Shown: positions 1 to 7,222 of the stretch, in pieces | How the letters are laid out: each line of letters begins with the position of its first letter | Position numbering within the stretch: the first letter of the stretch is position 1 | Source: an uncultured Bacilli bacterium | Lineage (GTDB): Bacteria; Bacillota_I; Bacilli_A; RF39; UBA660 | Direction: 5' to 3' | DNA length: 23,287 nt | NCBI GenBank assembly: GCA_947588975.1 | Contig: CANQAF010000012.1 | Location: 1-23,287, forward strand | Made by a program: the position numbers and the translations under genes | The notes under the pieces: generated by a model | Seen by the model: only the letters and a program-made list of their open reading frames with translations | Told to the model about the DNA's origin: nothing | Database searches by the model: none

Positions 1-1268
1 TTTACTACTAAAATGCTACAATGATCAAAATTAAAATGCTCTACAATCTTTTTAAAATCATCATAATTTAAACTTTGAAATTCTTCATATAAATTATTTC
101 TTACTTTACCATACTTCACGAAATCACTTACAATACGACTGTTTAGTCGAAAAATATTGTCACTCATAAAAATACATGAACTTAAAATAGTTTTCTTTTT
201 ACGATTAAATTCTTCTTCCGATATATTCTTTGTTTGAATTTCCTTTTGTACTCGTTGAATCAATTCATCCTTTTGTTCTGTTTCACCCTCAATACTGATT
301 ACCATATGAGTATCAATATTATAAAAGTCACAATATAAATCTTCTGCTACAATTTTATCGTTTTTCAAACATTCAGAGAATAAAGATGTAACTCCAAATT
401 TTGCATCTAAATAAATAGATAAATAAGTTGGAATTAAAGATGGTAAAATATCTTTAATTCCACTAATATTAATTTTATAATTGATAAATATTTTAGGAAT
501 TGTTACATTCATTTCAATTTCTTCATATTCCTTAGTTACTGCATCCGGTTCTTGGTATTCTTGTACAACAATTGGTTCAGATTTTGAAAACTTTTTTTGA
601 GATTGATTTTGTTTTACCAGTTTCATTACAGATTCCGGATTTACATTTCCAGTTATTACTAATGCCATGTTAGATGGATGATAAAACGTTTCATAACATG
701 TATATAAATCCTCCTTAGTAATAGAATTTACACTTTCTTTCGTTCCTCCTGTGGAAATACGAAGTGGATGTACTTGTAAAGTATTATAATTACTCTTTTC
801 AAATCCTACACGATAAGGGTCATCTAAATACATTTGTAATTCCTGTATAATAATTCCTTTTTCTTTTTCCACATTTTTTTTTGTAAAATAAGGATCTTGG
901 ACAAAATCTAATAAAAATTCTAAATTCTTTTCAAAATTATGAGGTCCTGAAAACCAATAATTTGTCTGCCATGGATTTGTCGATGCATTACATTCACTAC
1001 CACTTTCATCAAAGAAAGAGAAAGGATCAATACCATCTTTTTGCTCAAATAATTTGTGTTCTAAAAAATGAGCTACACCATCTGGAACACGAATCATTTG
1101 ATTTTGACCTTTGGGAATAAATTCACTTTGATTAGAGCCATAACGTGTCACAAATGTCGCACGAGCATTATTACAATTATTTTTAGGAATGATATATACA
1201 TGTAACCCATTATTTAATACTTCCTCATAGATTGTTAAATCTAAGTGATAAAATGGTATCTTATTCAT
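1..1268 (-). CDS. M16-family zinc metallopeptidase, catalytic type (HxxEH); C-terminal end runs off the window
   Basis: Absent from the ORF track because it is open at the window edge. The minus-strand ATG at 1268-1266 overlaps the stop of the upstream ORF by 8 nt (ATGAATAA). Hand translation gives MNKIPFYHLDLTIYEEVLNNGLHVYIIPKNN...RVPDGVAHFLEHKLFEQKDG, with the inverted zincin motif HFLEH. The frame stays open to position 3 (...DFKKIVEHFNFDHCSILVV). Confidence 0.8.
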   Translation of the reverse strand, partial: MNKIPFYHLDLTIYEEVLNNGLHVYIIPKNNCNNARATFVTRYGSNQSEFIPKGQNQMIRVPDGVAHFLEHKLFEQKDGIDPFSFFDESGSECNASTNPWQTNYWFSGPHNFEKNLEFLLDFVQDPYFTKKNVEKEKGIIIQELQMYLDDPYRVGFEKSNYNTLQVHPLRISTGGTKESVNSITKEDLYTCYETFYHPSNMALVITGNVNPESVMKLVKQNQSQKKFSKSEPIVVQEYQEPDAVTKEYEEIEMNVTIPKIFINYKINISGIKDILPSLIPTYLSIYLDAKFGVTSLFSECLKNDKIVAEDLYCDFYNIDTHMVISIEGETEQKDELIQRVQKEIQTKNISEEEFNRKKKTILSSCIFMSDNIFRLNSRIVSDFVKYGKVRNNLYEEFQSLNYDDFKKIVEHFNFDHCSILVV

Positions 1269-2535
1269 GTTTCACCCCTTCTAATAGGAAAATTGTATCA
1301 ACATGTATTTTACATGCAAGCTCTAAAATCATTTCTTTTGTTACTTTTTGAATATTGATTTGTTTTTCCTCCAATAGATCATTTCCTAGATATTCATGAG
1401 TTAAATATATATTAGAAAGCATATTGGGAGAGTCCTCTACTTCCTTACAGCTACTTAAAAAAGTTGCTTTTGCTTTTTGAATAGAATCTTCACTAAACTC
1501 TCCTTTTTTCATACTTTCAATTTGTTCATCAATCAAAGCAACTGTTTGCTCCATTGTTTCTGCATCAATACCTGCAGATATCACTAAAGTATGATGTAAG
1601 TAATTATAAGAGGATGAAATAGAGTAACAAAGCGAGTTCTCTTCTCGTACTGTCTGAAACAATTTAGAGTCTCCTCCACCACCTAATATAAAAGAATATA
1701 CATTCATGACATATTGGCGCTCAAATGGAGTTAACTCATCTACTTTACATCCTACAAATAATTGACTTTGAGTAATATCTGCCTTTTCTTTTACCAATTG
1801 TTTTTCTGATCGAACATCCATATAACTTAAAATATGCTCTCCATTGGGAATACGAGTTTCCGGTGGAATCACATATTGTTCCACCCATTGTTTTACTTGT
1901 TCAAATTCAATATCACCAATCACAAATATATCCACTGTAGACTCTTTTAACATTTTTTGATAATAAGTATATAAATTTTCTTCTGTTATTTGATTTAAAT
2001 CTTCTAAATACCCGGAAGAATGATAAGAAATTTTAGAATTTGGTGCCATCGTTTCATATAATCGTAATAATCCATATTTTCTGGGATTATCTTTTATACT
2101 ACGAATATTATCTTCTAAACTTTTCTTTACAATCGCAAATGAAACAGAATCAAAACAATCATTTTTAATATTAGGATGATAAAGCATGTCCATTAAAAAC
2201 GCAATAGACTTTTCATTGAATCCTTCTTCTGTATATTTTTCATTTAAAAAATGACAGCGAAAAGATAATATACTATATTTTCCAGAACGTACATTGGTAC
2301 CATCAACAGAAATATTATATAAATCCTCTGATGCAATTGCGAGTTCACGAGTCGTAGGATACTTTTTACATGTAGAAAGTAACATATCCAGTAAAAAATT
2401 ACGAATTGTAATCTCTTCTTTTTTAAGTTCATTTTTGTAATTAACAATAACCTCTACTGTTTTAAAACGATTCGTCTGAATCATATGTAAATTATAAGTT
2501 CCTTGATTTAACTTTTGATAATTCATAGGAATCAC
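1261..2535 (-). CDS. M16-family peptidase-like protein without the HxxEH zinc motif (non-catalytic partner type)
   Basis: 424-aa ORF with SD GAGGTGA 6 nt upstream of the ATG at 2535. It has M16-like length and layout, but the usual HxxEH position reads RNFLLDML. It is translationally coupled to the downstream catalytic M16 gene, recalling the Bacillus ymfF/ymfH pair. Confidence 0.7.
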   Translation of the reverse strand: MIPMNYQKLNQGTYNLHMIQTNRFKTVEVIVNYKNELKKEEITIRNFLLDMLLSTCKKYPTTRELAIASEDLYNISVDGTNVRSGKYSILSFRCHFLNEKYTEEGFNEKSIAFLMDMLYHPNIKNDCFDSVSFAIVKKSLEDNIRSIKDNPRKYGLLRLYETMAPNSKISYHSSGYLEDLNQITEENLYTYYQKMLKESTVDIFVIGDIEFEQVKQWVEQYVIPPETRIPNGEHILSYMDVRSEKQLVKEKADITQSQLFVGCKVDELTPFERQYVMNVYSFILGGGGDSKLFQTVREENSLCYSISSSYNYLHHTLVISAGIDAETMEQTVALIDEQIESMKKGEFSEDSIQKAKATFLSSCKEVEDSPNMLSNIYLTHEYLGNDLLEEKQINIQKVTKEMILELACKIHVDTIFLLEGVKHE

Positions 2536-2566
2536 CTCTTGTTTAGTATATGTATGATTTAAAAAT

Positions 2567-3268
2567 TTATAATATGGATTCTAAGGCAAGCTCTATCATA
2601 CGTAAAAATGAATTTTGTCTTTCCTCACTTGTCGTTTCCATATTTGTAACTACGTTGTCAGAAACCGTCAAAATACATGCGGCTCGTTTATTTAAAACAT
2701 TTGCATTATGAAACAAAGCAAAAGATTCCATTTCTACTGCTAAACAACCATATGTTTCATATAATTTTTTAAAATCAAAATTTTCATGATAGAAGCAATC
2801 GCTACTATGCACATTAGCAATTGTAATTGGATAGTTTAATTCTTCTGCTGTTTGCTTAATGACTAAATTCATACTATCCGATGCGTACATTATGTGTTCT
2901 TCTGTTCCATTTTGAGAATGAGCATAATTAGATTCTGAATAACAACCATTTACCAAAATCAAATCATATAAATTTAAATCTTTCGTATAAGCGCCACATG
3001 ACCCAACGCGTATAATTTTTTCTACATCATAAAATTTATATAATTCATAAGAATATATACCAATACTTGGCATGCCCATACCAGAACCCATAACCGTTAC
3101 CTTTTTTCCTTTGTAATAGCCTGTATATGCATACATACCTCTTACTTGATTTACAAGTTCATAATTTTCTAAATATTTTTCTGCAATCATTTTTGCACGC
3201 AATGGATCGCCAGGCATAATAACGATAGGTGCAATTTGATCTTTTCTAGCTTCAATATGTGGTGTCAT
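2567..3268 (-). CDS. deoD: purine nucleoside phosphorylase, DeoD type
   Basis: 233 aa. The N-terminus MTPHIEARKDQIAPIVIMPGDPLRAKMIAEKYLEN...GMGMPSIGIYSYEL...AVEMES is typical of hexameric DeoD PNPs. SD GGAGG lies upstream. Confidence 0.9.
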   Translation of the reverse strand: MTPHIEARKDQIAPIVIMPGDPLRAKMIAEKYLENYELVNQVRGMYAYTGYYKGKKVTVMGSGMGMPSIGIYSYELYKFYDVEKIIRVGSCGAYTKDLNLYDLILVNGCYSESNYAHSQNGTEEHIMYASDSMNLVIKQTAEELNYPITIANVHSSDCFYHENFDFKKLYETYGCLAVEMESFALFHNANVLNKRAACILTVSDNVVTNMETTSEERQNSFLRMIELALESIL

Positions 3269-3300
3269 ATTATTACCTCCATTTTTATTATAACATGTAT

Positions 3301-3720
3301 TTAAGAATTACATAATATTTTTTGCCTTAGTATTCTCAGTTCTGTTAACATATAATTTTTTTCATTATTGGAAGATGTACAAGATAATAACATTTGCTTC
3401 CTTTTTTTCATATCCTTTTCTTTTAATATTTTTAAATGTTCATTCCAAGAAATGTGTTTTAACATTTCTAAATTTTGATTGGAATACATTTGATAAAAAT
3501 GAATCATTGAGATAAAATTTCTAACTGTAAATCCAATTACAATACCATATATAGTTTGAAGTTCTCGTTCTAATATTTTAAGTTCACGTGATTGTAATTG
3601 TTTTTCTACCAAATAGCTACCAATTTTATAATATAGCAATATTACATCTTCATTAGAAATTTCATGTGATAACACATTTGTAATATATAAATTTATTTGT
3701 ATTACATATTCTTCTTGCAT
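3301..3720 (-). CDS. hypothetical protein resembling only the N-terminal domain of DUF1016/YhcG-type proteins
   Basis: 139-aa ORF with SD GAAGGAAG upstream. The segments LLYYKIGSYLVEKQ...ERELQTIYGIVIGFTVRNFISMIHFYQMY...ISWNEHLKILKEKDMKKRKQML resemble the DUF1016 N-terminal helical domain. No PD-(D/E)xK nuclease half follows. Confidence 0.4.
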   Translation of the reverse strand: MQEEYVIQINLYITNVLSHEISNEDVILLYYKIGSYLVEKQLQSRELKILERELQTIYGIVIGFTVRNFISMIHFYQMYSNQNLEMLKHISWNEHLKILKEKDMKKRKQMLLSCTSSNNEKNYMLTELRILRQKILCNS

Positions 3721-3850
3721 AATCCACTTCCTTCTTTATCAATATAGATGAAGTTAGACGATTTGTCAAAGTACAGATTTTATAAATTAGTAAAGAAAAA
3801 AATTCAGTTTTTTTAAATTGGCTTAACAAATTATTCCATTTAATACCTAT

Positions 3851-3891
3851 AAAAAAAGAATACATATTATTTGATAGCATTTTATGTATTC
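3851..3891 (-). terminator. rho-independent terminator of the small SOS-box ORF
   Basis: Minus strand reads GAATACATA-(16 nt loop)-TATGTATTC followed by TTTTTTT. It starts at the stop codon of the 45-aa ORF. Confidence 0.55.
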
Positions 3892-4028
3892 TATTTGATA
3901 TATAAAATTTCTTGATTAGATGCCTCTATTTGATTTAAACGATTCATTTGTATCGATCCAATATAAGTAAATCCTAACACAAAAATAATAAATCCAACCA
4001 TAACCTTACTTTTTAACATTTCTTTCAT
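3891..4028 (-). CDS. unannotated 45-aa single-pass membrane protein divergent from lexA; candidate SOS-induced cell-division inhibitor (YneA/SosA analogue)
   Basis: Hand translation: MKEMLKSKVMVGFIIFVLGFTYIGSIQMNRLNQIEASNQEILYIK*. SD GGAG lies 8 nt upstream (aaaaGGAGtgaaacatATG). The ORF has its own promoter, whose 17-nt spacer contains a perfect LexA box, and its own terminator. It is below the ORF-track size cut-off. Confidence 0.5.
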   Translation of the reverse strand: MKEMLKSKVMVGFIIFVLGFTYIGSIQMNRLNQIEASNQEILYIK

Positions 4029-4052
4029 ATGTTTCACTCCTTTTCTAATTTT

Positions 4053-4081
4053 AGTTTACTACGAACAGTTGTTCGTGTCAA
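4053..4081 (-). promoter_or_regulatory. promoter of the 45-aa ORF (-35 TTGACA, 17-nt spacer, -10 TAAACT)
   Basis: On the minus strand, TTGACA is the complement of 4076-4081 and TAAACT is the complement of 4053-4058. The spacer, 4059-4075, contains LexA box 1. Confidence 0.5.
4062..4075. promoter_or_regulatory. LexA operator (Cheo box) 1
   Basis: CGAACAGTTGTTCG is a perfect CGAAC-N4-GTTCG palindrome, matching the Gram-positive LexA consensus. Confidence 0.8.
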
Positions 4082-4090
4082 TATAAAATT

Positions 4091-4104
4091 CGAACAAATG
4101 TTTG
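4091..4104. promoter_or_regulatory. LexA operator (Cheo box) 2, overlapping the lexA -35
   Basis: CGAACAAATGTTTG has one mismatch to CGAAC-N4-GTTCG and overlaps TTGACT at 4102-4107. Confidence 0.7.
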
Positions 4105-4130
4105 ACTTTTTGTCAACAATGTGTTAAAAT
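4102..4130 (+). promoter_or_regulatory. lexA promoter (-35 TTGACT, 17-nt spacer, extended -10 TGTTAAAAT)
   Basis: TTGACT at 4102-4107, TG at 4122-4123 and TAAAAT at 4125-4130. SD AGGAGG lies ahead of the ATG at 4159. Confidence 0.65.
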
Positions 4131-4158
4131 GTACTTGTAAATATAAAGGAGGTCTTAT

Positions 4159-4776
4159 ATGAAAGAACTGACAACTAGGCAAAAAGAAATATTGAACTTT
4201 ATCAAAAAGTATATTGCAACCCACGGTTATCCCCCAACAATTCGTGAAATTGGGGCAGCAACCGATACATCTTCTACTGCAACCATCCATGCGCATCTAA
4301 CAAATCTAGAAAAAAAAGGATTTATTCGTAAACAAGGAACAAAAAATAGAGCATTAGAATTATTAGTAGAAAATGAATTTGACCCAAAGAATGATTTAAT
4401 TATTGAAGTACCTTTACTAGGAAAAATTACAGCAGGTTCACCTATTGAAGCAATTGAACATCCAGATGAAACATTTGCTCTTCCATCTTATCTTGTTCCA
4501 AAAAACAAAGAAGTATTTACATTAAATGTAAGTGGTACTAGTATGATTAACGCTGGTATCTTAGATGGTGATGTTGTAATTGTAGAAAGACAAAATACAG
4601 CTCGTAACGGTCAAATTGTAGTTGCAATGACAGAAGAAAATGAAGTCACTTTAAAAACATTCTATAAAGAAGATGGATATATTAGATTACAACCAGAAAA
4701 TGATACAATGGATCCTATTATTGTAGACAATGTAACAATTTTAGGTATTGCAATTGGTTTATATCGTAAATTATAA
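4159..4776 (+). CDS. lexA: LexA repressor (SOS regulator, S24 autopeptidase)
   Basis: 205 aa. MKELTTRQKEILNFIKKYIATHGYPPTIREIG is a winged-HTH N-terminus. The C-terminal part has the S24 motifs VSGTSMINAGILDGD and LKTFYKE. The gene is autoregulated by the upstream Cheo boxes. Confidence 0.95.
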   Translation: MKELTTRQKEILNFIKKYIATHGYPPTIREIGAATDTSSTATIHAHLTNLEKKGFIRKQGTKNRALELLVENEFDPKNDLIIEVPLLGKITAGSPIEAIEHPDETFALPSYLVPKNKEVFTLNVSGTSMINAGILDGDVVIVERQNTARNGQIVVAMTEENEVTLKTFYKEDGYIRLQPENDTMDPIIVDNVTILGIAIGLYRKL

Positions 4777-4800
4777 AAGAGAGTTTCTAACTCTCTTTTT
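4775..4800. terminator. bidirectional hairpin terminator between convergent lexA and the lipoprotein gene
   Basis: AAAAGAGAGTT-TCT-AACTCTCTTTT, with A and T runs on either side. Confidence 0.6.
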
Positions 4801-5530
4801 CATGGTTTTCTTTTAATTCTTGATACCAATTACTTACTTTTTCTTTTCCTTTTTCATACAATGAAGATGCACCTTCAGCAATGGCACTTCCAACATTTTG
4901 GAAAGACTCTTTCATATCATCTGCAGATTGTTTGAAATTATCATAATTTTCACTTCCCATAGCAGATTCAATCTTTTCTTTAGCTACATTTGTTTTTTCC
5001 TTCAAATAGAATAAAACTGTTTGATATTTTTCCTTTAAAGTATCTTTATAATTAGGAATTTTATTTTCAATTGCAGTATCCATACGTTCCAATATAGAAC
5101 GTACTTTATTTTGTAGACTAGCAGTTAAATCTTTAAAATACACATCATTGATTGGAACATCATAGTAAATAAAATCTACTAATATAATAAATTTATCTAT
5201 CACTTTTTCTTTTAAAGTAGTAGATGACTCTGACTGTAACATCGTATGAACTTCTTGATCTAACATTTCAATTTGTTGTACAGCAATCTCCTCCTTTGTC
5301 TCAACAGATCTATTAGGAGTTTCTTCAGATATGGTTGCATTAGAAGTATTTGATGTAATATTTTCTTCTATCATAGCCTCTTCTGGTTGATTTATATTTT
5401 GAGAACTATCGATCGTACTTTCAGCTACTTTTTCATTGGAGTGATCATCTATTTCAGAGCTCGGTTTCACCTTGTTTTGTTGACAACCAGTCATGCATAT
5501 CATACAGAATAATATAATAATAATTTTCAT
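4787..5530 (-). CDS. putative lipoprotein, function unknown
   Basis: The most likely start is the ATG at 5530, which overlaps the queH stop (ATGA) and has SD GAAGGTG upstream. MKIIIILFCMICMTGCQQ is a signal peptide with lipobox MTGC. The rest is hydrophilic and helical. Confidence 0.7.
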   Translation of the reverse strand: MKIIIILFCMICMTGCQQNKVKPSSEIDDHSNEKVAESTIDSSQNINQPEEAMIEENITSNTSNATISEETPNRSVETKEEIAVQQIEMLDQEVHTMLQSESSTTLKEKVIDKFIILVDFIYYDVPINDVYFKDLTASLQNKVRSILERMDTAIENKIPNYKDTLKEKYQTVLFYLKEKTNVAKEKIESAMGSENYDNFKQSADDMKESFQNVGSAIAEGASSLYEKGKEKVSNWYQELKENHEKES

Positions 5531-6135
5531 TGTATACACCTTCCTTTAGAAAATTCGCATCCACAATAGTTCTGTCTATATAAATGATATTTTTTAGAAA
5601 GTTCTATAGAACGTTTATAACCATTTTTCTTCTTAAAATCAGCATATAAATAAGGAATCCCATATTGTTGTTCTAATGTTTCCCCTATTTGGTTTAACCG
5701 TTGACTATCTTTATATGGGCTCACTGATAGTGTAGTGGTAAAATAATCATATTGTAATTCTTTTGCTATTTTAGCGGTTTCATTCATACGAAGGTAATAA
5801 CATTTTGTACAACGAGCTCCCCCTTCTTTTTCATCTTCTAAACCTTTACTCATTTTTAAAAATACATCTGGCTCATAATTACCTTCTATAAATGATACAT
5901 CAGGATGCGCTAATTGAATGAGACGTTTTTGTTCTTGTACGCGCATTTGATATTCTTCTTGTGAGGTAATATTGGGATTATAATAAAATACCGTAATTTG
6001 AAAATAGGAACTTAGATATTCTAAAACATAACTACTACATGGTCCACAACAACTATGTAATAACAAAGTTGGTTTTGGATTTTTTGGTAATATTTCTAAT
6101 ATAGTATCCAATTTTAATTGGTAATTGATCTTCAT
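5527..6135 (-). CDS. queH: epoxyqueuosine reductase QueH (DUF208)
   Basis: 202 aa. LLLHSCCGPCSSYVLEYL and the C-terminal YRQNYCGC cysteine motifs are characteristic of QueH. Confidence 0.8.
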   Translation of the reverse strand: MKINYQLKLDTILEILPKNPKPTLLLHSCCGPCSSYVLEYLSSYFQITVFYYNPNITSQEEYQMRVQEQKRLIQLAHPDVSFIEGNYEPDVFLKMSKGLEDEKEGGARCTKCYYLRMNETAKIAKELQYDYFTTTLSVSPYKDSQRLNQIGETLEQQYGIPYLYADFKKKNGYKRSIELSKKYHLYRQNYCGCEFSKGRCIQ

Positions 6136-6185
6136 AGTCCCACTTCCGGCCTTATTGTATCACGAAACATCAAAAAAAGAAATAT

Positions 6186-6869
6186 TTATAATTTCTTTTT
6201 ACGTTTTTCATTATAATTTTTTAAAATTGCTTGAACATTTGGAAAGGCCTTCATAAGACGTTTTCCAAAATAGGATTTATTTGCAAGTACCATACGAACT
6301 CGTTTGGATATTTCCTCTGTACTATCTTTACGTATTGTAGTAGCAACTGTAGCTACTTTTTTAAAATTTAAAATTACATTAAATGAAATTAAATTATCCA
6401 ATAGATAAATCATAAATAAAATACATGCCAATATCGTCTGACCAATATTTGGAATATATGATATACAATGTAATATAAATGGATTCACGAAATAAATAAT
6501 AAGACATCCACAAAGTCCAAATGGAATCATAGTATCTAAACAAATACGTCCATTTATATTAAATTTAGTATGACTATAATCCCACCATCTTGCTTTAAAT
6601 ATTTTTTCCATAAAATAACTAGTCATATATTCTAATGTAGAACAGATAAGAATTGTCATAAAGAATAAAAGCCATGGATTATCTTGATATGCGCTTAAAA
6701 AATATATAATAAACAAAGCTCCAAATCCATAAATTGGACAATATGGACCAATCAAAAATCCACGATTGACTAATTTTTTATTCATAATTAAAGTATCAAT
6801 AATTTCCACTACCCAACCAATAAATGAATAAATAATGAATAATAAAAACCATATTTTTAAATCGTACAT
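6186..6869 (-). CDS. multi-pass membrane protein, PF06541-like (so-called putative ABC-transporter type IV family)
   Basis: Start reassigned to the ATG at 6869 (MYDLKIWFLLFIIYSFIGWVVEI...RGFLIGPYCPIYGFGA...WWDYS), which has SD GGAG 7 nt upstream. The track's extra 30 N-terminal residues have no SD. Confidence 0.65.
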   Translation of the reverse strand: MYDLKIWFLLFIIYSFIGWVVEIIDTLIMNKKLVNRGFLIGPYCPIYGFGALFIIYFLSAYQDNPWLLFFMTILICSTLEYMTSYFMEKIFKARWWDYSHTKFNINGRICLDTMIPFGLCGCLIIYFVNPFILHCISYIPNIGQTILACILFMIYLLDNLISFNVILNFKKVATVATTIRKDSTEEISKRVRMVLANKSYFGKRLMKAFPNVQAILKNYNEKRKKKL

Positions 6870-6947
6870 ATAATAACTCCGTCCTACTTCAGCTAGTCTT
6901 ACGTACCTAGTATAACATAATTTATAGAAAAAAGAAAATAAAATGCA

Positions 6948-6976
6948 TTGGCAACTCATTTATATTATGCTATAAT
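6948..6976 (+). promoter_or_regulatory. tRNA-Thr promoter (-35 TTGGCA, 17 nt, -10 TATAAT)
   Basis: TTGGCA at 6948-6953 and TATAAT at 6971-6976, 15 nt before the tRNA 5' end. Confidence 0.6.
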
Positions 6977-6991
6977 AAATTTGTTTTAAGC

Positions 6992-7065
6992 GCCGCCTTA
7001 GTTAAGTGGTATAACGGAGCCATGGTAAGGCTCAATTGTAAGTTCGATTCTTACAGGTGGCACCA
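6992..7065 (+). tRNA. tRNA-Thr (anticodon GGU), CCA encoded
   Basis: Hand-folded cloverleaf. Acceptor GCCGCCT/AGGTGGC, D stem GTTA/TAAC, anticodon stem GAGCC/GGCTC with loop A-T-GGT-A-A, T arm GTAAG-TTCGATT-CTTAC, discriminator A and CCA. Confidence 0.85.
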
Positions 7066-7075
7066 GATTGATACC

Positions 7076-7103
7076 AAACTCGGACTTTTATTGTTCGAGT
7101 TTT
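7076..7103 (+). terminator. tRNA-Thr terminator hairpin (part of module copy 1)
   Basis: 9-10 bp stem (one G-U pair), 7-nt loop, followed by TTTT. Confidence 0.6.
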
Positions 7104-7161
7104 AAAATGGTTCAAATTTATGTTATAATTTTTATAGGTTGAATTGATATATTTGTCAATT
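7101..7161 (+). promoter_or_regulatory. cassette 1 promoter plus downstream palindrome
   Basis: -35-like TTTAAA at 7101-7106, extended -10 TG-n-TATAAT at 7121-7129, and an 8-bp-arm inverted repeat starting 12 nt after the -10. Confidence 0.5.
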
Positions 7162-7222
7162 TAGAAAACATATTTGCATATTGTCAAAACAATATTTGCT
7201 TAAATTATTTTTGGAGGTTTTT

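Larger units (their letters stand above)
7062..7180 (+). repeat. cassette-boundary module copy 1 (begins inside the tRNA-Thr 3' end)
   Basis: ACCAGATTG at 7062-7070. Hairpin AACTCGGAC-TTTTATT-GTTCGAGTT plus a T-run at 7076-7103. TGTTATAAT -10 at 7121-7129. AATTGATA-TATT-TGTCAATT at 7142-7161. GAAAACATATTTGCA at 7164-7178. Confidence 0.85.

Noticed and set aside
2244-2447. 67-aa ORF inside the M16-like gene, and similar nested or antisense ORFs at 3662-3880, 4078-4296, 12056-12271, 12793-12981, 19728-19916, 19976-20167 and 20211-20414
   Set aside because: All lie within or antisense to well-supported longer genes, or across the lexA promoter. They lack SD sequences and have junk-like composition.
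6870-6959. N-terminal extensions in the ORF track (6870-6959, 7181-7222, 8650-8679, 5531-5539, 19236-19244, 20531-20539, 21885-21941)
   Set aside because: In each case an internal start codon is preceded at 5-9 nt by a clear GGAG/GGAGG/AGGTG SD. The extended start has none, or lies inside the SD itself.
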